64,000 nucleotides of DNA, from NCBI RefSeq assembly GCF_044704955.1, contig NC_091978.1, positions 375,100,001-375,164,000 of the forward strand. The letters run 5' to 3'. A model generated the notes under the pieces. It ran no database searches. It was given only the letters and a program-made list of their open reading frames with translations, and was not told where the DNA came from. A program made the translations under genes and the position numbers. Of the stretch, positions 1 to 14,500 are shown piece after piece; positions within the stretch are counted from its first letter, which is position 1, and the number at the start of each line of letters is the position of its first letter. The DNA comes from Pristiophorus japonicus (taxonomy: Eukaryota).

Positions 1-1990
1 TCTAACCTGTCCAATCCCGTCAGAATTTTATATGTTTCTATGAGATCCCCTCTCATCCTTCTAAATTCCATTGAATATAAGCCTAGTCAATCCAATCTTT
101 CTTCATATGTCAGTCCCGTCATCCCAGGAATCAGTCTGGTGAACCTTCGCTGCACTCCCTCAATATCAAGAATGTCCTTCCTCAGATTAGGAGACCAAAA
201 CTGTACACAATATTTAAGCTGTGGCCTCACCAAGGCCCTGTACAACTGCAGCAAGACCTCCCTGCTCCTATACTCAAATCCTCTCGCTATGAAGGCCAAC
301 ATGCCATTTGCCTTCTTCACCACCTGCTGTACCTGCATGCCAACCTTCAATGACTGATGTACCATGACACCCAGGTCTCGTTGCACCTCCCCTTTTACTA
401 ATCGGTCACCATTCAGCTAATAATCTGCCTTCCTGTTTTTAACCACCAAAAAAACCTCACATTTATCCACATTATACTTCATCTGCCATGCATTTGCCCA
501 CTCACCTAACCTGTCCAAGTCACCCTGCAGCCTCCTCACAGCTCCCACTGCCACCCAGCTTAGTGTCATCTGCAAAATTGGGAGATATTACATTCAATTC
601 CTTTGTCTAAATCATTGATGTATATTGTAAATAGCTGGGGTCCCAGCACTGAACCTTGTGGTACACCACTAGTCACTGCCTGCCATTCTGAAAAGGAGAT
701 GTTTATCCCTACTCTTTGCTTCCTGTCTGCCAACCAGTTCTCTATCCACATCAATACATTACCCCAATACCATGTGCTTTAATTTTGCACACTAATCTCT
801 TGTGTGGGACCTTGACAAAAGCCTTTTGAAAGTCCAAATACACCACATCCACTGGCTCCCCCTTGTCCACTCTACTAGTTACATCCTCAAAAAATTCTAG
901 AAGATTTGTCAAGCATGATTTCCCTTTCATAAATCCATGCTGACTTGGACCGATCGTGTCACTGCTTTCCAAATGCGCTGTTATTACATCTTTAATAATT
1001 GATTCCAACATTTTCCCCACCACCAATGTCAGGCTGACCGGTCTATAATTCTGTCTTCTCTCTCCCTCCTGTTTTAAAAAGTGGAGTTACATTAGCTACC
1101 CTCCAGTCCATAGAAATTGATCCAAAGTCTATAGAATGTTGGAAAATGACCACCAATACATCCACTATTTCTAGGGCCACTTCCTTAAGTACTCTGGGAT
1201 GCAGACTCTCAGTCCCTTCAATTTCCCTAACACAATTTGCTGACTAACAACGATTTCCTTTAGTTCCTCCTCCTCACTAGACCCTCGGTCCCCTAGAATT
1301 TCTGGAAGGTTATTTGTGTCTTCCTTAGTGAAGTCAGAACCAAAGTATTTGTTCATTTGGTCTGCCATTTCTTTGTTCCCCCATTATAAATTCGCCTGAT
1401 TCTGAATGTAAGGGACCCACATTTCTCTTCACGTATCTGTAGAAGCTTTTGCAGTCAGTTTTTATGTTCACTGCAAACTTACTCTCATTCTGTTTTCTCC
1501 CTCCTAATTAAACCCTTTATCTTCCTCTGCTGAATTCTAAATTTCTCCCAGTCCTCAGGTTTGCTGCTTTTTTTGGCCAATTTATATGCCTCTTCCTTGG
1601 ATTTAACACGATCCCCAATTTCCCTTGTCAGCCACGGTTGAGCCACCTTCCCTGTTTTATTTTTTACGCCAGACAGGGATGTACAATTGTTGAAGTTCAT
1701 CCCAATTGCATCATATCCGTTAACAGCCATCTGTGCAGTTAATTCATCCACCTTATTACGAATGCTCCTCGCATTGAGACTCAGAGCCTTCAGGCTTGTT
1801 TTTTTAACACTCTGTCCTTTTAGAATTATGTTGTAATGTGGCCCTTTTTGATTTTTCTGTCCTCCACTTCTACTTTTCTCCTTTATACCTTTTCCTATGA
1901 TCCTATTTTACTTCCCTCTGTCTTCCTGCATAGTTTCCCATCCCCCTACCCTATTAGTTTAAATCCTCCCCAACAGCACTAGCAAACACT
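1..1990 (-). mobile_element. CR1 LINE, degraded and internally deleted
   Basis: ORF pieces [31 protein letters not shown] and LYRALVRPQLKYC. Jumps from the linker to the endonuclease start near 1695. Confidence 0.9.
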
Positions 1991-4900
1991 CTCCCTAGGA
2001 CCTCAGTAAGAATGAGTGGCTTGTTGGTGGGGGAAAGAGGGAAGGAAATGGAGTGATGATTCAACATTGAAGGCACTTGGAATTGAGTTTGAAGGTGAGT
2101 GACAAGAACAGAGAATAATGTTGTGCCTGTGACAAAGGAATGAACTGTGTCGGAGTACGAATTACTCCAAGGCACAAGCAATACTGAAAATTTTTATCAC
2201 CGCAGAATTTTATTTTAAATAAAATGATAACTATTACTAATCGCTACAACATTTACAGGAAAAATAGGAATTGCAAGACAAAGCGCGCTCCAGACCCCTG
2301 GGCTTTAGATACTTTACCCAGCAAGAGTTCTCATGTACAAACAATTGCTATTTATTTCCAAGTTTTCCATTGGCAACGTATTTTTGTTCATCACAAAGGC
2401 CAAACAGTAGTAAATAGTTACCGAGCTCGTAGCTTCCGTAATATTGAAGACTGCATCACACTGCACTTCCAATCTGAAAAATATTCCAATTAATCTTGCT
2501 GTGGAGGCTTCTGTGTTACCCCCCTTGTACTGGGTTCCATTCTCTGTGTCACTCCCCCTGTGCTGGGTCCCACTCTCAGTCCCACACCCCCAGTACTGGG
2601 TTCTATTCATATTGTAGAGATACTCTACTTGATATTTTACATGTTTCAAAGCTCAACTTAGTGTATAGCAACATAAAACATTAAATGTTAGCACCACAAG
2701 GACTAAAGCAGCCTCACATTAACTGGAGTGGGAGAAATTCAAGATGACATTCGACCCAAAGACTCGATCAGCTGTGATCAATCCCAAAGTGATCCTCTTC
2801 CTACCAAACCTCAAGTTCAAATATCTCCAGATGATCTCACCAGTTATTTATTGAAATTGTTAATTATACAGAATGATTTCCCAAGCAGTGTACAAGCTAT
2901 TATCATAACCAACAAGCCAATAATGAGTAATTGCTTTGTATAGACAGAGCTTAAGTGTCAAAGATATGTACTTTCTTTGTAAAGTGCAGATAAGACGAGA
3001 CATTTAGCCAATCAAACTGCTCTTTCTACAGACCACACAATCTCCCTCCTCCTGGATCCAATCCCACTGATCATTTCCTGAAGAAAAGTTTGACATGAAT
3101 ACTCCCTGGTTGCCAAAGGTAATCAATCAGGACTCCCCCCTCACTCTCCAATCCTGGGCCGATTTTCACAGATAACCCCCTTTAACCTTCTGTACTGGCA
3201 ACAGGCAATGGTCCATTCCCACAATGCGAGCACAGTAGCAATACCAGGAGTTCGAGGAAGAGGCTACTGGGTATGTTCGATTTAAATCTTTCACTTGAAT
3301 TGTGCAGCTTCCTTTGCCTCCAGCTCTGGCCTACTCTGCATCATCTCTCTCCACTCCACCAGTGCTGGCAGAGCAGTCAGCTGTTTTGGTCCTAATCCCC
3401 TCCCTTTTTGACCAAGCTTTTGGTCACCTCCTAACTCTCCCACCATTAACTGCTGTTCAATCTGTTTCCCTGCAACCCTGCCACCACTAAAACATTATAG
3501 CAAAAAGAGATTCTTGCCCGTGTTTAATTTTTTTAACTTTTATTCTGTATTGCTCGAAATGGCTTGTAAACGATTAACATGCAAGGCCATACAAAGCATA
3601 TTTCAACCAAAATCCAACCCCTTTTCCCTTCATCCATCTATCCAGTCTAGTTGTGATCTGGAACACGTGTCTGAATGGGTAATGAAAGCAGATTCAATAG
3701 TAACTTTCAAAAGAGAATTGGATAAATACTTAGAAGCAGGACTATGGAGAAAGAGCCGGGGGGGGGGGGGGGACTAACTGGATAGCTCTACCAAAGAGCC
3801 AGCACAGACAGGATGGGCCGAATGGCCTTTTGCTTTCAATTATTCTATGCCCGGAACAGACAAGATAATTAACCAAAGACAGTCTTTGTCCCTTCATTAG
3901 TTCATAAAGGATACAAGATAAAAAGGGGTGCAATATGATTGGAATTCCATGAGTTATGGCCAGTGCCGTGACACGTTTTGTTTGTATCCCATGGGCCATG
4001 TATTTCATTTATTCCACACATTAGGCAAGTAGTCAGAAGTAAAATAGTTAAAAGTAGAAATAAATGTTAATTTTAAATGGAAATTAAATTGGTTGTGCCT
4101 GTGATTTCACCATGTGTTCCATAGGGTTCCAGTAAGATTCAATTCCTACTAAATTAAATGAAATGCATCAAAATTGCAATGCAGACGCAACCCATTCGGC
4201 CTATACCAGTTCCAGCTTTCATTGGCAGTTATCTCCTCCCATTTCCTTGTGCTTTCCTCCTATGAAGTTATTTCTTCAGACTGCTACTTGTGATAAAGCA
4301 TTCCTTGTCCTAGTAACCATTTAAAAAATGTCCCAACTTCCCCCATTGCTCTTTGAGGTCAGCGCTGCCGCAGCCACTTGTTACTGAGTCAGTAGCCAGT
4401 TGGAACAATCTTTACACTATTTACCCTCAAAATCTTTCATAATTTGAGCTCATGCCATGGCCATGTGTTGGTGGGAAAAAAGCCTCAATCCTTCAAGCCT
4501 CTCAACTGTAACCTCTTATTCATGGCACCATTCTGGCAAATCTTCATTGTAGCATTTCCATGGCTCGAATACCCTTCCTGTAATGGAGGTGCCAAGGTCT
4601 ATCATTTCTCATTTGTGCATCATTCAAGGAAATTACAGAAGATTGCTGTTCAAACTAAACAGTCATCCTCTTCAGTTAGCTCATAAGTATTAAAATCAAA
4701 ACTAACACTAAAATGCCATTAAATAAAATTACTATACACTCAGACACAATTCAACGATATGATGTCTATCACAAATTTCTGAAAACCTCCAAAATGTTCT
4801 ATTTTAAACCAAAACTGAACAGGACTCAATTTGCACATTTATTTTATGTGCACAAACAGATTAATAAAGGAAACAGTAAACTCGATATTGATGGATTGAC

Positions 4901-5314
4901 CTCAAACAGCAGAATTAGTGGAATATAGTACCATCATAGCAGTAAGTATATTCTGGGACTGCAAAGGGTGCCTAGATATGCCCATATAATGTACATACCC
5001 GTTCGAGTATATAAAACGGTACAAAATCATTGAGTGCGATCCCAACAGTCGCTTCCTTTGGTGTTTTTTGAATAAATGCTCGATCACAATCGTTATTTCC
5101 TAATTTTAAAGACTGCAGTTAGAATTCTGCTCAGCTCCATCTTTGCGTGGAAAGCATCCTATTTTTTGCTTCTAGTTTTACTTTTACTTTGCATGACTAG
5201 TAGCTACGTGTTCCAGAGCCTTCACCTCAAACTTAAAGATATGCTACTTTCCAAATAAACAGCAGGCTGAATCTGAATCTGAATCAGAATCAGAACATGG
5301 TCATCAGATGATCT

Positions 5315-5590
5315 TTAACCCTCACTCTTCTCCTTCTCCCTGGGCAACCTTCCCAACGTGTAAAACTCTTCATTCGGACGCAATTCAATGAGGTGAGCCA
5401 GACGGTTGGACATTGCAAAGAACGCAGTTATCGCGCAGATGTCCCAGGCATCCTCGCGGTCAAACCCGTGCAGTACCAGTGTTTTTAGATGGTCCTCGGT
5501 GATGTTTTCCGAGTTGCTCACAGCGAGAGCAAAATCCAACATGACACGCTGACGATCATCCAGGTCAGCCAAATGCCTGTTCACGACCAC
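5315..5590 (-). CDS. AhpD-like gene exon 5 (VVVNRHL...EKSEG*)
   Basis: Acceptor ttgtttcag, TAA stop at 5315-5317, followed by AT-rich UTR-like sequence. Confidence 0.9.
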   Translation of the reverse strand: MVVNRHLADLDDRQRVMLDFALAVSNSENITEDHLKTLVLHGFDREDAWDICAITAFFAMSNRLAHLIELRPNEEFYTLGRLPREKEKSEG

Positions 5591-8500
5591 CTGAAACAAG
5601 GGCAGAACAGATGGGCACGTCACCAACAAAAGGACACATTACTCAATTAGAAAGCTCTGCCCTTTTGCAAAGAGAATATTTCATTATTGCTCACCTGATC
5701 TGCCAGAATGGGATTTTTGGAATATATGCGGTGTAGAGCACTGTGTGCAATGACACAGTAGGGACAGTGATTATTCGCACTTGTGGCCACAATGATAAGT
5801 TCTCGATCTGCTTTGCTGAGATTACCTAGAGACAAATTTGAGGGGTCAGGTGGGAACAGAGAAAAAAGTTTAGACATGTTTCTTTTCCACCGGAATTTCA
5901 CTCATTAAAGGAATTAGACATTCCAATAGTTTTCTCACAAAATAAACCACTTCCTGGTTATAAACCACAAACATACTTTTGCCATAATTTACCTGGTAAA
6001 TATTGCCTAAAACCACCCCTTTACAGCACAGGACCCCAACCCATCCTGTCTGTAGCAACCCTTCGCAAAAGCAACCCAAAGCTATCCCCCTGTCCTGCCC
6101 ATAGCTTCCACTGCATCTTAAAAGATGTAATGGTTGCTGGGATTTTAGAATTCAGCTGTTCTTCTGGTAACAGCCACAATTTACCAAGCACCTACCCCCG
6201 TACCCTTAGCCCCCCCCCACCTACCCCCGTACCCTTAGCCCCCACCTACCCCCGTACCCTTAGCCCCCCCCCACCTACCCCCGTACCCTTAGCCCCTCCC
6301 ACCTACTCCGTACCCTTAGCCCCCCCACCTACCCCGTACCCTTAGCCCCCCCACCTACCCCCGTACCCTTAGCCCCCCCCCACCTACCCCCGTACCCTTA
6401 GCCCCCCCCCACCTACCCCCGTACCCTTAGCCCCCCCCACCTACCCCCGTACCCTTAGCCCCCCCACCTACTCCGTACCCTTAGCCCCCCCACCTACCCC
6501 CGTACCCTTAGCCCCCCCACCTACCCCCGTACCCTTAGCCCCCACCTACTCCCGTACCCTTAGCCCCCCCCCACCTACCCCCGTACCCTTAGCCCCCACC
6601 TACTCCCGTACCCTTAGCCCCCCCCCACCTACCCCCGTACTCTTAGCCCCCACCTACTCCGTGCCCTTAGCCCCCACCTACCCCCGTACCCTTAGCCCCC
6701 CCCACCTACTCCGTACCCTTAGCCCCCCCACCTACCCCCGTACCCTTAGCCCCCACCTACTCCGTACCCTTAGCCCCCACCTACCCCTTACCCTTAGCCC
6801 CCACCTACCCCGTACCCTTAGCCCCCACCTACCCCGTACCCTTAGCCCCCACCTACCCACGTACCCTTAGCCCCCACCTACCCCGTACCCTTAGCCCCCA
6901 CCTACCCCGTACCCTTAGCCCCCCCCCCACCTACCCCGTACCCTTAGCCCCCACCTACCCCGTACCCTTAGCCCCCACCTACCCACGTACCCTTAGCCCC
7001 CACCTACCCACGTACCCTTAGCCCCCACCTACCCCGTACCCTTAGCCCCCCCACCTACCCCCGTACCCTTAGCCCTCACCTACCCCCGTACCCTTAGCCC
7101 CCACCTACCCCTGTACCCTTACTCCCACCTACCCCCGTACCCTTAGCCCCCCCACCTACTCCGTACCCTTAGCCCCCACCTACCCCCCTACCCTTAGCCC
7201 CCACCTACCCTGTACCCTTAGCCCCCGCACCCTTAGCCCCCCCACCTACCCCCATACCCCCCACCACCTACCCCCGTACCCTTAACCCCCCCCCCCAGCT
7301 ACCCCCGTACCCTTAGCCCCCCCACCTATCCCCGTACCCTTAGCCCCCCCACCTACCCTTCGTACCCTAGCCCCCACCTACCCCTGTACCCTAGCCCCCA
7401 CCCCATCCACCCCCGTACCCTTAGCCCCCCCCACCTACCCCCGTACCCTACCTCGTACCCTTAGCCCCCACCTATCCCCGTACCCTAGCCCCCCACCTAC
7501 CCCCGTACCCTAGCCCCCCCCCACCTACTCCTGTACCCTAGCCCCCCACGCCCCGTACCCATAGACCCCCCACCTACCCCTGTACCCCTACCCCCCACCT
7601 ACTCCCGTACCCCCAAAAATGCTAGATAAATGCAAGTTAATTCTTTGGTCATACCTGATTCTTTGTTCATTAGGGCATTGTAGTACGCAAAGAACGCCCT
7701 GAATTCCACAGGCCGATAGGAAAGCGCTTTGAATATATTTGGCAAAAAACCACCCTGTAAAGCAGAAGTAATATTGACGATACACTGTATGCTTCCCCAG
7801 ATTATACATTCCTCAAAAGCAAGACAAAAAATGACTGGATGCCAATATTTTAAAAACTGTACAACAAACTCAATGGAGCGAGTGAGTGTGAGAGCAAGTG
7901 AAGGAAGGAAAGGAGAGAACATTTTCTCTCTCCCTCCCATTCCCTACGGTTTTAAATTTGAGAAACTACCGAGACAATAGCAAAGAGAAATTTGAAGTAG
8001 CCACCATAGATTTCCAAAGGAATGATCGTGCTGGATAAACCTCGGAATTCTTTGAGGAGGTAATGGACGTGATGGATGGTGAATTGCAGCGGATGTGGTG
8101 AACATCGACTGCAGCAAAGCCTTTGACAAGGTACCATACAGTTTACTGGAGAAGATTAAAGGGTATAGAATTAGGGGCAGGATAGCAAATGGGATTAAAC
8201 ATTGATTGGATGGGAGAATGAAACATTGATTGGAAGGGAGAATGAAACATTGATTGGAAGGGAGAATGAAACATTGATTGGAAGGGAGAATGAAACATTG
8301 ATTGGAAGGGAGAATGAAACATTGATTGGAAGGGAGAATGAAACATTGATTGGAAGGGAGAATGAAACATTGATTGGAAGGGAGAATGAAACATTGATTG
8401 GAAGGGAGAATGAAACATTGATTGGAAGGGAGAATGAAACATTGATTGGAAGGGAGAATGAAACATTGATTGGAAGGGAGAAATCAGAGTAAGAGTTTTG

Positions 8501-11500
8501 GGCGGTTTCTCCGAGTGGTAGGAAGTGGGTAATGGTGTCTCTCAGGGTTCAGTGCTGGGTCCACTTCTATTTACCGTGTGTATCAATGATTTGGATATAG
8601 GGGGAGGTGCTGAAATTTGCAAATGATACCAAACCAGGAGATACAGAAAATTCTTTACAAGACAAAGGGAAGCTGCAAAGGGCCATTGATCAGACAAGGA
8701 ATGAGCTAAAACTTGGCAGATGGAATTCAATGTCAGTGTGAGGTGATGCCTGTAAAATACCAGCAGCGATTAATGCTGTGATTGGGAGCAGGCTGGGTGC
8801 TGGGGAAGAGCAGGCCAATTTGGGGGACAGGTTCACGGAACATTTAAAGGCAGCACCTCACCAAAAGGCTGTTTAAAAAAAACGTAATGGAATTTTTGGT
8901 TGTATCACAAAATATGTAGACTATAAAAGCCAAGAGGTAACGATGAGCTGATGTAAAACCTGACTAGACCTCAGTTGAAGTACTGTGTGCAGTATTAGGC
9001 TCCACGCTAGCGGAAGGATATCGGGGCTTTAGAGAGAGGGTACAGCACAGATTCTCCAGGATGACGTCTGGTTTCAGGAAATACAAATATGCAGAAAGAC
9101 TGGAAAAATTGGGTCTTCCTTCGTTAGAACGCAGATTACGAGGCGATATGATGGGTGCTTAAAAAGATGAAAGGACGGGACAGGGGAAATAGAAGCAGTC
9201 TGTTTCCAGCAGGTGAGGGTTTCGAATGAGGGGCTGTAGAGACAAGATTAAATGTTCGCGTTTAGAACAGAGGGCAGAAGAGACCACTTGACAGAGAGTT
9301 GTGAGGCTGAGAGAGTCACTCCCAGGGTGAGTGGCTGATGCAGAAACTGTGTCGACATTCAAGATTAGATTGTCTCGGTGAATGAGGGGTGAAGGGATGG
9401 GGGCAGGCTGATCAAATGTGTTTAGAACCATTTAGAAACATAGAAAATAGGTGCAGGAGTAGGCCATTCGGCCCTTCTAGCCTGCACCGCCATTCAATGA
9501 GTTCATGGCTGAACATGCAACTTCAGTACCCTATTCCTGCTTTCTCGCCATACTCCTTGATCCCCATAGAGCTCACATGGAGCGTAAAGAGACATGGGCG
9601 ACTGGACCGGCTGGCCTGTTTCGGTGGGGTAACTGCTCTGGGAAGAGCAGTGCCGAACAGAACCGTCGCTTTGTGCAGCCTCATAGCGATACGGTATTGT
9701 TGGGTCGTACTGGCAACAGCCGATGAAACGCCAGGGTAGAAAGCTGCCTCCCACTGCAGCTTCCCCATTATTACTTTATAAATAATATTGGCACTTCATT
9801 CCACACTCTCATTTTTACACTCACGGAAACAACCACATTTCAGCCATATTCACATGGCTATTTTATGTGGTCAGAGATTTTATTTATTAAATATAAAAAT
9901 ACTTTGAACTATTTATTACATTAAAAAATCTAACAGGTGCTTCTTGATAATATTTACACTTGTACGTTGCCATTTGAGATTGGAACTTAAAACAATGAAA
10001 TTCTGTCATAGTGCAGAGACAACGCTGCACGGTGATAAAACAAATAAATATAATTTAACTGCAGTTGGTGAAATAAGAGGTTAGAATACCAACACAAGTT
10101 CAATCCAAAAGAAACGCGATGGTATAATTTGACAACAATTTCAGAATACAAATGACCACCTTCGTTTCAACCTCCTCCATCAGCTCAACAATGTCGTACG
10201 GCAGATCCTTTTTATATGGGACAGGATATCGCCCGATAGGTCGCTCGGATTTCCCAGACGTTGTGCTGTATTCCAGTTTGTGAGCAGCAGGTCTCACACT
10301 TGTCCATCTCGATGTTAACGCAACGAAAGACTAGAATTGGAAAAATCCAGTGAGCAGAGGAAATCTAAAAAGTCTTACGTTTTGAAATTTCACAACGGTT
10401 CTTCAATGCCGCGTACAATTTTAAAACCAATATCTAACTTTCCATAAATGAGATGCGGAATCAGTAGCTGCTGTTGAACAACGGTCATCTTTACAGTGGG
10501 ACTCCCTGGTCTACAACTTAAAGAGGGAATCTCACCATCATCGTCCTTTAGATAAAATAAGTACAGCTTTACCATTTTTCTTTAGGGAGTATTGATGGCA
10601 TCATCAGAGGAGCGAGAAACTATTTGATGCATTTACTGTGGCCCAAAGTGGAAGAGCAACATAAACCTGAAATAATCCAGGGAATTAACTGACCACTCCA
10701 ATTGGTATCAGTGGGTTTACGGGGAACAAAACTCAGCGAGGGTTCCAATTCTTCATCACTAGATCGCACGTGGACAATGGGGAGGACGACATAGAAGTTT
10801 ACAGCACAGAAGGCGGCCATTCGGCCCATCGTGTCCGCACCGGCCGACAAAGAGCTACCCAGCCTAATCCCACTTTCCAGCTCTGGGTCCGTAGCCCTGT
10901 AGGTTACGGCACTTCAAGTGTACATCCAGGTACTTTTTAAATGTGGTGAAGGTTTCTGCCTCTACCACCCTTTCAGGCCGTGAGTTCCAGACCCCACCAC
11001 CAACTGGGTGAAGAAACTGCTCTTCAAATCCCCTCCAAACCATCTACCAATTACTTCAAATTTATCCCCCCTGGTCGTTGACCCCTCTGCTAAGGGAAAT
11101 AGGCCCTTTCTATCCACTATATCTAGGCCCCTCATAATTTTATACACCTCAATGAGGTCTCCCCTCAGCTGACTCTGTTCCAATGAAAACAATCCCAGCC
11201 TATCCAATCTGTCCTCATAGCTTAGATTCTCCACTCCCGGCCATCCTCGTAAATCTCCTCTGTACCCTCTCCAGTGCAATCACGTCCTTCCTGTAATGCG
11301 GTGACCAGAACTGCACGCAGTACTCCAGCTGTGGCCTAACCAGTGTTTTATACAGTTCAAGCATAACCTCCCTACTCTTATATTCTATGCCTTGGCTAAT
11401 AAAGGCATGTATTCCGTGTGCCTTCTTAACCACCTTATCTACCTGGCCTGCTACCCTCAGGGATCTGTGGACATGCACTCCCAGGTCTCTTTGTTCCTCT

Positions 11501-14500
11501 ACACTTTTCAATATCCTACCATTTAATGTGTATTCCCTTTGCCTTCTTAGCTCTCTCCAAATGCATTACCTCACACTTCTCCGGATTAAATTCCACTGCT
11601 CTGCCCACCTGACCAGTTGATTGATATCTTCCTGCAGTCTACAGCTTTCTTCTTCATTATTAACCACACAGTCGATTTTAGTATCATCTGCAAACTTCTT
11701 AATCGTACCCCCTACATCATAGTTAAACAGCTGGACAATACCCCATCATCTTATATGACAAGTGGTCACTTGGACAAAGTGGGCTAGCAGCCACTACCAG
11801 TCTACACCTTCAGGAATAAAGGAGAAAATTAGGTGGTTGGGGGGGGGGGGGGGGCAGAAAAACTGTTAGCAAGAATTGAAAGGCACCAGAGCTGGTTAGG
11901 ATGTCTAATATACTCTAGCTAGGCCTATCCAGTCAGGTACCTAGCCTGTCCAATAGTGATGCTAAAACAATCATGCTACAGAAGTGATGCCGACACTGGC
12001 TTCAGAATTAGGGATGAAGTGAGCAATCGCTGCATGAACGGAGCATCAAATGTATTGAGCATCACATTATCTGGTGCTGCTATGCCCCAATACTACAGCC
12101 GCACCTAGTCCACGCCCCAACCCGCTAATAAATGAACCTCCAGTAAATTAACCAAATATTGTATGTTCTTAGAATCGTAGAATGAGACAGCAGAGGAGGC
12201 CGTTTGGCCCATCATGCCTGCGTCAGCTCTTTTTGCTAGAGCTATTTAGTTGATCCCATTCCCCTTTTCCATAATTGGGAGATTGATTTCGTGATTTCAA
12301 ATATTTTATAAGGAATATCTTGATGAGTATGCATCCTTAATCATGTGGTAGGAAGGGGGTATGTTTATGTTTGCATCTAAGTCGTTGGCAGTTTAATACA
12401 AGGAGGATTTAGATAAGTGCCTAATTCCTCTATATGTTGGGAAAGGCTATTAACCTTCAGAAAAACAAAAAGGGCCACTTTACAGCAAAATTCTAAAGGG
12501 TCAAATTGTGTTAAAAAGACAAGCCTGAAGGCTCTGTGCCTCAATGCGAGGAGTATTCGGAATAAGATGAACGAATTAACTGCGCAGATAGCAGTTAACG
12601 GATACGATGTGATTGGCATCACGGAGACATAGCTCCAGGGTGACCAAGGCTGGGAACTCAACATCCAAGGGTATTCAACATTTAGGAAGGATAGACAGAA
12701 AGGAAAAGGAGGTGGGGTGGCGCTGCTGGTTAAAGAGGAAATTAATGCAATTGTAAGGAAGGACATTAGCTTGGATGTGGAATCGGTATGGGTGGAGCTA
12801 CAGAATACCAAAGGGCAGAAAACGCCAGTGGGAGTTGTGTACAGGCCACCAAACAGTAGTAGTGAGGTTGGGGACAGTATCAAACAAGAAATAAGGGATG
12901 TGTGCAATAAAGGTACAGCAGTTATCATGGGCGACTTTAATCTACATATTGATTGGGCTAACCAAACTGGTAGCAATGCGGTGGAGGAGGATTTCCTGGA
13001 GTGTATTAGGGATGGCTTTCTCGACCAATATGTCGAGGAACCAACCAGAGAGCTGGCCATCCTAGACTGGGTGATGTGTAATGAGAAAGGACTAATTAGC
13101 AATCTTGTTGTGCGAGGTCCCTTGGGGAAGAGTGACCATAACATGGTAGAATTCTTTATTAAGATGGAGAGTGACAAAGTTAATTCGGAAACTATGGTCC
13201 TGAACTTAAAGAAAGGTAACTTTGATGGTATGAGGCGCGAATTGGCTAGATTAGACTGGCAAATGATACTTAAAGGGTTGACGGTGGATAGGCAATGGCA
13301 AACATTTAAAGATCATATGGATGAACTTCAACAATTGTACATCCCTGTCTGGAGTAAAAATAAAACGGGAAAGGTGGCTCAACCGTGGCTAACAAGGGAA
13401 ATGAAAGATAGTGTTAAATCCAAGGAAGAGGCATACAAATTAGCCAGAAAAAGCAGCAAACCTGAGGACTGGGAGAAATTTAGAATTCAGCAGAGGAGGA
13501 CAAAGGGTTTAATTAAGAGGGGGAAAATAGAGTACGAGAGGAAGCTTGCCGGAAACGTAAAAATTGACTGCAAAAGCTTCTATAGATATGTGAAGAGAAA
13601 AAGATTAGTGAAGACAAGCGTTGGTCCCTTGCAGTCAGATTCGGGTGAATTTATAATGGGGAACAAGGAAATGGCAGACCAGTTAAACAAATACTTTGAT
13701 CTGTCTTCACAAAGGAAGACACAAATAACCTTCCGGATGTACTAGGGGACCGAGTGTCTAGTGAGAAGGAGGAACTGAAGGATATCCTTATTAGACGGGA
13801 AATTGTGTTAGGGAAATTGATGGGATTGAAGGCAGATAAATCCCCAGGGCCTGATAGGCTGCATCCCAGAGTACTTAAGGAAGTGGCCCTAGAAATAGTG
13901 GATGCATTGGTGATAATTTTCCAGCAGTCTATCGACTCTGGATCAGTTCCGATGGACTGGAGGGTAGCTAATGTAACACCACTTTTTTTTTTAAAAAGGG
14001 AGAGAGAAAACGGGTAATTATAGACCGGTTAGCCTGACATCAGTAGTGGGGAAAATGTTGGAATCAAACATTAAAGATGAAATAGCAGCGCATTTGGAAA
14101 GCAGTGACAGGATCGGTCCAAGTCAGCATGGATTTATGAAAGGGAAATCATGTTTGACAAGTCTTCTGTAATTTTTTGAGGATGTAACTAGTAGAGTGGA
14201 CGAGAGAGAACCAGTGGATGTGGTGTATTTGGACTTTCAAAAGGCTTTTGACAAGGTCCCACACAAGAGATTGGTGTGCAAAATTAAAGCACATGGTATT
14301 GGGGGTAATGTACTGACGTGGATAGAGAACTGGTTGGCAGACAGGAAGCAGAGAGTCGGGATAAACGGGTCCTTTTCAGAATAGCAGGCAGTGACTAGTG
14401 GAGTGCCGCAGAGCTCAGTGCTGGGACCCCAGCTCTTTACAATATATATTAATGATTTAGATGATGGAATTGAGTGTAATATCTCCAAGTTTGCAGATGA

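Noticed and set aside
6189-7612. Interstitial telomere (CCCTTAG resembles CCCTAA)
   Set aside because: The unit is ~28 bp and there are no tandem TTAGGG hexamers.
5315-7754. Bacterial contamination as the source of the AhpD-like sequence
   Set aside because: The gene has four canonical spliceosomal introns containing host TEs.
9570-9770. Unique GC-richer intronic patch with a small hairpin (CTGCTCT-GGGA-AGAGCAG) as an ncRNA or extra exon
   Set aside because: No snoRNA boxes, ribozyme core or convincing splice sites, and exons 2 and 3 already join in frame.
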